Below are positions 9,904 through 16,716 of a stretch of 17,924 bases of DNA, piece after piece. Below the pieces are notes generated by a model, which saw only the letters and a list, made by a program, of their open reading frames with translations, was not told the DNA's origin and made no database searches. Origin of the DNA: Candidatus Thorarchaeota archaeon (GTDB lineage Archaea > Asgardarchaeota > Thorarchaeia > Thorarchaeales > Thorarchaeaceae); assembly GCA_029858305.1 (NCBI GenBank), contig JAOUFI010000047.1:1-17924 (forward strand), in the 5' to 3' direction. The position numbers were made by a program, and so were the translations under genes. Each line of letters begins with the position of its first letter. The stretch's first letter is position 1.

Positions 9904-10233
9904 TCAACCGCAACAGGATGAACTGCCAGTACAGCAGCTATCTGTCTCGCTATCTGGGCCAATTAACTTGTCCTGTTGTTGCCCTCGTCGTCGAGCTGAC
10001 TCATTCCAAATACATCCGCAGCCAATGTTCAATACAGAGATGGCGTATCCTAGGCAGTTTTGAGCGCATGCGGTACAGTTTGTGCAGTCTTGTGGTCGTG
10101 CTAGTACTGCGGGCCCATGATCTGGAAAATCCCAGACGTTGAAAGGGCAGACCTCAATGCACATTCCACATCGATTACAGTTTGATGGATTATATGAAAT
10201 ATCAAGTTTAGATTTTTCCAATACGAGTGTCAT
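9904..10233 (-). CDS. hgcB: HgcB-like 2[4Fe-4S] ferredoxin with Cys-rich C-terminal tail
   Basis: Two cluster motifs (CNRCGMCIEVCP and CTNCTACAQNC), then AISV..IGCGC (HgcB AI.V..GVGC equivalent) and tail SCCTGSSSCCG (vicinal Cys pairs typical of HgcB). Starts 3 bp after the hgcA-like stop. Confidence 0.78.
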   Translation of the reverse strand: MTLVLEKSKLDISYNPSNCNRCGMCIEVCPFNVWDFPDHGPAVLARPQDCTNCTACAQNCLGYAISVLNIGCGCIWNESARRRGQQQDKLIGPDSETDSCCTGSSSCCG

Positions 10234-10236
10234 GTT

Positions 10237-11991
10237 CTACCACCATCCTAAGATAATTGCCAAGAGATTGAAGGTTATTATCAGAGCACCACTAACTTTC
10301 AGCATCGTCACCATATATGGATATTCTCTTCTTATCACCTTTGGATCACTGACAGACGTCATTCCTGACCAGTCCATTGTCAGTGAGGTCGCCATAGCAA
10401 ACTGAAGTATCATCCATGTAACAATGACCGTCCAGTGAGATTGAAGTCCATACATTATTAGTGCCGCGAAAGGAAGAGTTCCTAAACCAAGTGCAACACC
10501 TCTCCTCCAGAAGGAGTTCCCTTTTGCGGGCAATACAGGGAAGAATACTCCCAATATGAAGGCGTTTCCAAACAGCGCTATGTTAAACTCCGCTATGAGA
10601 ATAATGATATTGAGTACTGCTGAAAGAATCTCTTGGTAAAAGACTGGGAGAATAACAAGGAGTCCTAACCCACCAAAGAGTGATATTGCCAGGATTGCCA
10701 GTATTGGCTTTGCAAGGATTGCTGCATACAAGAATGGAATATGCGCAACTGTTTGCTCCATTCTCTCACGCAAATTAAAAGTGACAATTGCCATCTTTCT
10801 AGGTTTGGGTCGGGGTTTTCCAAGGTTCAACCATTTACCTAAATCATGAATTCTAACAGGGCCATAACGGGCTCTGAATCCTGTACGTTCACGTATCTCA
10901 GTTGGATTCATTCCAGCTGCGGCAAGCTGTGGCAATAGAATCTCTCTGTGAGTAACAAACTCAGACAATCTTGTTATCCTGATCATCTGAATCACATCTT
11001 CTGTTTTGAAGTGAATTCCCCGGGCCGCACACCAGACATTAATTCCAGCTGTGTCGCACACAAGCACCCATGCATCCAAATTGTCTTTGGATAGAGCTCT
11101 CATGACAGTATAATACGTCAGCTCATAGTTTGCAGTAACAATTACAGGGCTATCTTGATTTGGATTCCCGGCTCTGTACAATCCCGGATTGATGGGTATC
11201 CCTCTCCATCCTCCAGTAACGTGATTGTACCAAATCCTGGCTCGTGCTTTTATTCCATGGTAAACCAGTTTTCTATTCTGATACTGATTGGATATGACTT
11301 CACTACCCCTCTTTCCAATTATGAGCGAGATTTCATGACCATACTGTTCTACTGTATCGATTTCTAGACCCATCTCTTTTGCTAGGGATGGAAGGTCTTC
11401 AATAGGATACGGCAGCCGCTTCTTGGCCTCCTTCTCTGCCAGGGAGCGGTTTTTCCAAAACTGATTCAGCTGTGACTTATCCTGAGGAATGACTTCAGAG
11501 GCAATCGCGAATGTACCATCATCTTTCAAAAGACTCTGTACAATATGCATGAAAAGATGCCTTTGATGTGGCTTCAGCTCTGATAAGAGAAAGGTGCTCA
11601 CAATAAGGTCGTATTCTCCCTTTGGCAGTGCTTTTGGATCAAAATCAGCCTTTCTTCGCGCCTCTGCGGTTTCAGAGTCAGTGTATTCCTCCAGTTGCAG
11701 AATATTCTCGGAGATGAAATTCGGGGGAGTTTCCAAAAGAGAAGCTCTTTTTCTCGCAATCGATATCATTTGATCGTTCGCATCAATCCCAACAACTTGA
11801 GCTCCTTTCCTTGATGCCTCGATTGCAAGAAGGCCGGGGCCACACCCAAGGTCAAGAACGCTCATTCCGGGTTTTACTAAGTCCAGAATCCTGCTTCTAA
11901 TCCTGCTGGCTCGCCCTTCAAGTACTTCATCAAACTCGTTGTCGTAACTCTCAGGAGTCTTCTCCAATGCAGCCATGAATGCAACAGCCAT
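10237..11991 (-). CDS. hgcA: Fusion: N-terminal class I SAM methyltransferase + HgcA-like (CdhD/CFeSP-type) corrinoid domain + C-terminal transmembrane domain
   Basis: Methyltransferase motif I VLDLGCGPG, VGID and YDLIVS. HgcA-like blocks PGLY..G.P...SPVIVTANY.LT, WVLVCDTAGINVWCAARG (11017-11040, Cys321), LLPQLAAAG, TGF...YGPVR..DL and VTF...ER. About 5 TM helices follow, ending in MDWSGMTSVS. Symbol means hgcA-like; activity is unproven. Confidence 0.8.
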   Translation of the reverse strand: MAVAFMAALEKTPESYDNEFDEVLEGRASRIRSRILDLVKPGMSVLDLGCGPGLLAIEASRKGAQVVGIDANDQMISIARKRASLLETPPNFISENILQLEEYTDSETAEARRKADFDPKALPKGEYDLIVSTFLLSELKPHQRHLFMHIVQSLLKDDGTFAIASEVIPQDKSQLNQFWKNRSLAEKEAKKRLPYPIEDLPSLAKEMGLEIDTVEQYGHEISLIIGKRGSEVISNQYQNRKLVYHGIKARARIWYNHVTGGWRGIPINPGLYRAGNPNQDSPVIVTANYELTYYTVMRALSKDNLDAWVLVCDTAGINVWCAARGIHFKTEDVIQMIRITRLSEFVTHREILLPQLAAAGMNPTEIRERTGFRARYGPVRIHDLGKWLNLGKPRPKPRKMAIVTFNLRERMEQTVAHIPFLYAAILAKPILAILAISLFGGLGLLVILPVFYQEILSAVLNIIILIAEFNIALFGNAFILGVFFPVLPAKGNSFWRRGVALGLGTLPFAALIMYGLQSHWTVIVTWMILQFAMATSLTMDWSGMTSVSDPKVIRREYPYMVTMLKVSGALIITFNLLAIILGWW

Positions 11992-11996
11992 AATAG

Positions 11997-12386
11997 TTAC
12001 TCTCCAAGAAAATCAATCAATTGAAGCATGGATTCTCTCTTGTTGTCATCGAGACCGTAGTATGTCCAACGGCCACGCCTTTCGCTCTTGAGCCATCCGG
12101 CCTCATGCATTTTTCTAAGATGATGCGACATAAGTGGTTGCCTTGGTTCATTCAAAGCATATTGAAACTCGCATACACAAGCATCCTCAATTTTGAGAAG
12201 CAACATAACAATGCCAGTTCTCAAAGTGGCTGTGAAGATTTCCGGACTCACTGATGAGAAGGCCTGTCTGAATCCCTCGATTGTTGCTCTTCTTTTGTCA
12301 TAAGGTTCACAGTATGGCGCTTTATCCGGAACTGTTTTACAATATTTTTCGAGGTTCTCAATTCGTTCAATATGCTCTTTATGCAT
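11997..12386 (-). CDS. arsR: ArsR/SmtB-family metalloregulator with CVC motif
   Basis: ACVCEF (alpha3 metal-binding motif), QPLMSHHLRKMHEAGW helix-turn-helix, ERRGRWTYY wing, and extra N-terminal Cys16 and Cys26. Stop lies 5 bp before the fusion gene start. Confidence 0.9.
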   Translation of the reverse strand: MHKEHIERIENLEKYCKTVPDKAPYCEPYDKRRATIEGFRQAFSSVSPEIFTATLRTGIVMLLLKIEDACVCEFQYALNEPRQPLMSHHLRKMHEAGWLKSERRGRWTYYGLDDNKRESMLQLIDFLGE

Positions 12387-12395
12387 GTAGTTTGT

Positions 12396-12425
12396 ATCAA
12401 TCTAGTTTATATAAATCTGATGAAT
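12396..12425 (-). promoter_or_regulatory. TATA box of leaderless arsR transcript overlapped by putative ArsR operator
   Basis: Palindromic TTTATATAAA at 12406-12415, about 25 nt upstream of the arsR ATG, with no Shine-Dalgarno. It sits within two tandem imperfect 15-mers, ATTCATCAGATTTAT and ATAAACTAGATTGAT (10/15 identical). Confidence 0.55.
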
Positions 12426-12608
12426 ATAGTAAGAGTCGTGTTTGAGATGAAGTACTACAACAGGTATTCCGGTATCGATAGAAACATGGAGAGATGAAAA
12501 TCTACCGTATGATTATCTTAACTACAGAATAAACTCAAATTTATCGATCCGGATTAGAGCTGGATCAAGGCGGACTCTACTGTAATCTACTCGATTGCCA
12601 TACCGAGT

Positions 12609-12694
12609 AAAAAGAGAATGAACAGGAGCCCCGAACCGAGACTCCTATTGACCTTCGATGGTCTAAATGGGCTCAAAGTCTTCTTTTGCTGCTC
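12609..12694 (-). repeat. Copy 2 of rubredoxin 3' end + terminator (86 bp, 79/86 identical to 14476-14561)
   Basis: Ungapped alignment shows 7 mismatches, 4 of them in the hairpin loop, and the last 37 bp are identical. Encodes (G)AAKEDFEPI*. The repeat begins at the G of the LRR gene's TAG stop. Confidence 0.95.
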
Positions 12695-14391
12695 TAGTCC
12701 TTTATCTTCCACCATGGAATATTCCTATTTTGAACTATCCACCATATGGTTTGTTTCAGCTTGTCACTCATCCTCACGTCTGAAGTTGAGGTTTTACCAG
12801 TTCTTAATTTGAATCCTAACTCTGAGAGAGTCTTTTTGACTAGTTTTAAGTCTTCATGGTTGGCAGTCGGGGGTATTCCAAGAGTGGTTAAGATGTTATA
12901 GCCATAGGCAGTTAGATACAGCTCTCTCAGGTCAACTTCCGTTTTACTCGCTCCAACAATTACCTGTCGCATTTCCTTCTCTCGAAGCTCGACAATCTGA
13001 TGCATTCTTTTTGCAATCTCACTATGTTGACCGCTAAGCCCCATAATGTTTAGACCCGTGGTTGCTCGCTCCTGATTTATAGCTTCAATGATTTCAATTA
13101 CTATTCTATCTATGACCTGCTCGCGAGCCAATTCGAAAGGAATGTCTTCAGGGATGGAGAGAAAGAGGTCAGCTAAATCACAGTCGATAAAACCGTAGTC
13201 CTTCAATCCCATCGCACACAAGATGTCTTGCTGCACCCGACAGTCCGCCTTAAAGTGTTCTGCAACTCTGTGCAGGAAGGGCCAAGGGTAGGAAGTTGTA
13301 GGTCGTTTATACACGCCCTCTCTTTTCTTAAGCCATGAATATTTCGCATGGATACCCTTGAACCGGGTTGCATCCAGCCAGAGCCTTCGCAACTTTGTAC
13401 AAAGAGCGAGGGGAGTCAGATCAATAGATTTGAGCTGATTGCCAGATAGCCCACATGATTGCAGGTTGGAGCAGGTTGCGAGAGGTGTCAGGTCGATGCT
13501 CTGTAGCTGGTTATTATCCAGAGGAAGTGCTTGCAGGTTGGCGCAGAATGCGAGAGGCGTTAGGTCGATGCTCTGTAGCTGGTTATCGAACAGATCGAGT
13601 TCCTGTAGGTTGATGCAAGCAGCAAGAGGTGCAAGGTCGATGGACTGAAGCTGGTTCTCTCTTAGTTGTAGTATGCGCAGGTTTGTACATTCCCTGAGTG
13701 GTGCCAGATCGATGGACTGGAGCTGGTTCGTTCTTAGTCCTAGTGTTTGCAAGTTAGTACATTGGCTGAGTGGTGCCAAGTCGATGGACCGGATATAGTT
13801 GTGAAAAAGACTGAGTTCTTGGAGTTCCGTACATGTGGCGAGAGGTCTGAGATCGATGCTCTGGAGCTCATTTTCTCCTAGCTCGATTTTTCGCAGGTCG
13901 ATACAGGTAGCAAGGCTGCCTAGATTGATGGACTGAAGTTTGTTATGATACAGATGGAGTTTTTGTAGGTATGTGCAGTTAGCAATACTGGTCAGATTGA
14001 TAGACTGAAATTGGTTCCCACTCAGATTAAGCTCTAGCAGATAGGAACAAGCGGCAAGGGGTGTTAAATCGATGGACTGGAGCTTAGCTTCCAGAAAAAG
14101 ATACTCCAGCTTGCTACAAGAGCTGAGAGGTTTTAGATCTATTGTCTGAAGATTGTTACGAGTAAGTGCAAGCCATCTTAGGCTGGTGCAAGTTGCAAGA
14201 GGCGTCAAGTCGATAGTCTGGAGTTCGTTATCAGTCAGCTTTAGTGTTTGGAGGCTGGTGCAGGCAGTAAGAGGAAATAAGTCGACATTTGCTATTTTCC
14301 GGTAGGAGAGGTTAATCTCGACGGCATCATCTGCAAACTCAGCCCGTTCCTCCACGCCATTCTCTGTCGTATATCTCAGTGCAATCGTCAT
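12694..14391 (-). CDS. Leucine-rich repeat protein (24-aa Cys-containing LRRs) with unknown C-terminal domain
   Basis: About 13 repeats of LxxLxLxxNQLQSIDLxPLAxCxx followed by a ~220-aa non-repetitive C-terminus. No signal peptide or TM segment seen. Confidence 0.92.
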   Translation of the reverse strand: MTIALRYTTENGVEERAEFADDAVEINLSYRKIANVDLFPLTACTSLQTLKLTDNELQTIDLTPLATCTSLRWLALTRNNLQTIDLKPLSSCSKLEYLFLEAKLQSIDLTPLAACSYLLELNLSGNQFQSINLTSIANCTYLQKLHLYHNKLQSINLGSLATCIDLRKIELGENELQSIDLRPLATCTELQELSLFHNYIRSIDLAPLSQCTNLQTLGLRTNQLQSIDLAPLRECTNLRILQLRENQLQSIDLAPLAACINLQELDLFDNQLQSIDLTPLAFCANLQALPLDNNQLQSIDLTPLATCSNLQSCGLSGNQLKSIDLTPLALCTKLRRLWLDATRFKGIHAKYSWLKKREGVYKRPTTSYPWPFLHRVAEHFKADCRVQQDILCAMGLKDYGFIDCDLADLFLSIPEDIPFELAREQVIDRIVIEIIEAINQERATTGLNIMGLSGQHSEIAKRMHQIVELREKEMRQVIVGASKTEVDLRELYLTAYGYNILTTLGIPPTANHEDLKLVKKTLSELGFKLRTGKTSTSDVRMSDKLKQTIWWIVQNRNIPWWKIKD

Positions 14392-14539
14392 ACTACTCGT
14401 ACCTTTGCCTAACTCTGCCAGGATGAATGTTCAAAAAAGGATTGCGTGGGATACTACTAGACTCTCATATAATGCAAAAAGAGAATGAACAGGAGTCCCG
14501 CTATGAGACTCCTATCGACCTTCAATGGTCTAAATGGGC
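12695..14539 (-). mobile_element. Putative integrated module A (LRR gene) bounded by rubredoxin-3' repeats
   Basis: Flanked by 86-bp direct repeats (1867 bp period). No recombinase is encoded, so mobility is inferred. Confidence 0.55.
13366..14325 (-). repeat. Intragenic degenerate 72-bp tandem repeat (LRR units)
   Basis: Recurring GTCGATG(G/C)(A/T)CTG..GCTGGTT blocks at ~72-bp period. One unit is 69 bp and lacks the Asn. Confidence 0.85.
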
Positions 14540-14561
14540 TCAAAGTCTTCTTTTGCTGCTC
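14476..14561 (-). repeat. Copy 1 of rubredoxin 3' end + terminator (belongs to the intact gene)
   Basis: The minus strand reads GAGCAGCAAAAGAAGACTTTGAGCCCATTTAG, then hairpin AGGAGTCTC-ATAGC-GGGACTCCT and GTTCATTCTCTTTTT. Confidence 0.95.
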
Positions 14562-14688
14562 CACACATAGGGCAGACCCAGTCGTCGGGTAAATCATCAA
14601 ACTTGGTGCCTGCAACAATACCACTATCAGGGTCTCCAAGGTCTTCATCATAGATCCATCCACAAACCATGCATTCATACTTTGCCAT
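14530..14688 (-). CDS. rub: Rubredoxin, 52 aa (absent from the ORF track)
   Basis: Manual translation: [52 protein letters not shown]. Canonical CxxCG...WxCPxCG motifs, with a GGAG Shine-Dalgarno upstream. Confidence 0.97.
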   Translation of the reverse strand: MAKYECMVCGWIYDEDLGDPDSGIVAGTKFDDLPDDWVCPMCGAAKEDFEPI

Positions 14689-14820
14689 TTTAGTATCTCC
14701 GCACATGTTCTATCAATTGGGGTACAGTTGAAAACGTACCGCTAATTCACAGAAACTAGCCAATATTCGTTAAAAGCCTTCGCTTATAATCCCCGAGAGG
14801 GAGAGAGTGAATAAAACATC

Positions 14821-16083
14821 CTACTCGTCCCACAACTCGGACTCTGGCTCATCGGGTTCCTCACTTTCATCGTCAAAGCTTTCCTCTGAGCTTGGAATAT
14901 CCTCAGCGAGAGTTCCATCTTCAACGTCGACAGACGGTTGAGGTATCTCAGACACCTCATCCTCAGGTTCTGCTTCTTCAACAGTTGGGAGTGGTACCTC
15001 CTCAGGAGCGGGGACAGCCTCTGCTTCCTTCCTCGACCTTCTGATGAATAGCAGCTCCATGACTAGCGCAACAAATGGGAATACGAATAACTTGATGACA
15101 TCCGGTATCCGTTCACCTATCAGACCGCCTGATAGTGTTCCAAATAGTGCTTGCACGACTAAATATCCAGAAGCAAAGAAGAAAGTAATTGTAGCCGCTA
15201 GTTCACTAGATATTTTCAATCTCGTGTCCAAATGCGCTCGGCTTGCTAACGTGAGACCAACAGAGCTCATAGCATAGAGAATGAAGAAGATTGACATACC
15301 TGCATCAATTAGGAGTGAGAACAAGTCAATAGAGGCACTTGCAGGCTTGAGGATATTATACAGAAAGTAGGCGGCATATGACGCAATGAATAAGCCAAGC
15401 AAGGCGAGATTATCCGTTGTAACTTTCTTGCGTTCTCTAATCATGATGAATCCATTTAGAAAGTTGAATCCGACCGCCAACGCTGTCCCTAGCCCAGCCG
15501 CTAAGACTAATGCCCAATCCATCTCCAACCAGGGCGTATTAGCAGCATACCAGATATATAGGAAGATGAATGATCCTATCACAATCACATAGCTGAGGAT
15601 GTGGAGGGTACCAAATACGAAGGCGACCACGCGGGACCTGCTCTCGATTTGGACACTCTCAGCGTATCGCAGTGCCGACCTTGATGACAGATATGCCTGA
15701 AATCCTATCCAGCCTAGGAACGCAATTCCAACCATTATCCAGAATACAAGTCCAGTTAACCATAACATGAGATACACAAAGGCGCTGATGACGATCCAGA
15801 TTATAAAGTAGGCAAAGGATTTTGAGTATGATTCCTCACTCGCAACAAATCGTTGGAGTCCAAAGAGCGATAGAAATGCAGTGATCATGAAGAATGTCGG
15901 AAAAATTCCGCCGATGATGGCAATGAATCCCCCTGCAAATATTGGCAAGAAATTACCTAGTTCTCTAAACAAAAGTGTAACCACAGCAGAGAGAATGAAA
16001 ATAAAGAAAAACCATCTCAATCTCTTTGATTCAAAGAACAGCTTGAGACCATTTACGAAGCGAGTAAGAACCGGAATATCCAA
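14821..16083 (-). CDS. Hypothetical polytopic membrane protein with acidic disordered C-terminal tail
   Basis: About 10 hydrophobic segments and a ~65-aa E/D/P-rich tail. GGAGG Shine-Dalgarno before the TTG start. Family not recognised. Confidence 0.85.
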   Translation of the reverse strand: MDIPVLTRFVNGLKLFFESKRLRWFFFIFILSAVVTLLFRELGNFLPIFAGGFIAIIGGIFPTFFMITAFLSLFGLQRFVASEESYSKSFAYFIIWIVISAFVYLMLWLTGLVFWIMVGIAFLGWIGFQAYLSSRSALRYAESVQIESRSRVVAFVFGTLHILSYVIVIGSFIFLYIWYAANTPWLEMDWALVLAAGLGTALAVGFNFLNGFIMIRERKKVTTDNLALLGLFIASYAAYFLYNILKPASASIDLFSLLIDAGMSIFFILYAMSSVGLTLASRAHLDTRLKISSELAATITFFFASGYLVVQALFGTLSGGLIGERIPDVIKLFVFPFVALVMELLFIRRSRKEAEAVPAPEEVPLPTVEEAEPEDEVSEIPQPSVDVEDGTLAEDIPSSEESFDDESEEPDEPESELWDE

Positions 16084-16125
16084 TTTTTCTACCTCCTAAG
16101 ACGATTATGATGATTAATGCCTTAG

Positions 16126-16593
16126 CTATTTATGTTTGAGCACATGAACTATCTCTTCTTCTAGAGTATCTTTTACGGTCGGTTTCTCGATGAGCGTGCC
16201 AACTTTTTTTCCTTCTGCGTCAAAGAAGACAAACCAGGGTATTGCAGTAGCACCCCACTCGTTGATTTCTGGAGGTGAAGGCGGAACTCTCCATTTGGCA
16301 GCTTTGTTCAGTGGATCTGTCTTGATATCGCCAAACACCATGATATCAAGATCAGTTTTCTCTTCAATATGAAGCATGACCGGCATAGCTCTCTTGCAGT
16401 CACCGCACCAAGCGGCACTGAAAATGACAACCTTCAGTCCCTTCACCAATCTCTTTAGTTCCTTCAAAGCTTCCGCATTAAGACGGTATTCCTTGTATGC
16501 CTCCATTACGATATCTTTGTCTTTCTCGGATAAGGCAGCAATGTATCCTCTTACATTCGTCGACCTTTTCCTGATGTCATTGAAATCTATCAT
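16126..16593 (-). CDS. Thioredoxin-family protein (WCGDC)
   Basis: FSAAWCGDC active site, cis-Pro motif AIPWF and IEKP. ATG 16593 is preferred over 16683. Confidence 0.88.
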   Translation of the reverse strand: MIDFNDIRKRSTNVRGYIAALSEKDKDIVMEAYKEYRLNAEALKELKRLVKGLKVVIFSAAWCGDCKRAMPVMLHIEEKTDLDIMVFGDIKTDPLNKAAKWRVPPSPPEINEWGATAIPWFVFFDAEGKKVGTLIEKPTVKDTLEEEIVHVLKHK

Positions 16594-16716
16594 TAGTCTA
16601 AAAAATGGAAATGGGCATTCTAAAACCCTTCGATTTGTATTCTTCAAAAGCATGAGTAATGCTGATAAGTGACATACGAGCATCTCTCTATAGGGACTAG
16701 CAAACTGGTGGAATAG

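Larger units (their letters stand above)
9858..12672 (-). mobile_element. Putative integrated module B (arsR-MTase/hgcA-hgcB) bounded by rubredoxin-3' repeats
   Basis: Flanked by identical 17-bp direct repeats at 9841-9857 and 12673-12689 (2832 bp core to core). No recombinase is encoded, so mobility is inferred. Confidence 0.5.

Noticed and set aside
9889-9906. Selenocysteine read-through of the ferredoxin TGA (would give CCG-U-VCSH-U)
   Set aside because: CCG is a normal HgcB-like terminus. The downstream hairpin lacks SECIS hallmarks on the coding strand and also follows TAG-ending genes.
10237-11991. Calling the methyltransferase domain ArsM, or the whole protein the ACDS gamma/delta subunit
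   Set aside because: The methyltransferase domain has only the motif I Cys and lacks the ArsM catalytic Cys set. The TM anchor, cap-helix Cys and adjacent HgcB-like gene argue against CdhD/E, and no other cdh genes are present.
12618-12812. 64-aa plus-strand ORF
   Set aside because: Antisense to the LRR 3' end and runs through the repeat hairpin. No protein features.
13366-14325. Diversity-generating retroelement TR/VR pair
   Set aside because: The repeats are in-frame LRR units, differences are not adenine-specific, and there is no reverse transcriptase in the window.
9776-14561. CRISPR array or classical integron attC interpretation of the three repeats
   Set aside because: Spacing is kilobases, no cas or intI gene is present, no RYYYAAC/GTTRRRY ends were seen, and the repeat is a protein-gene 3' end.
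14457-14678. 73-aa minus-strand ORF in the track
   Set aside because: Out-of-frame shadow of the rubredoxin gene, which has canonical motifs and a Shine-Dalgarno.
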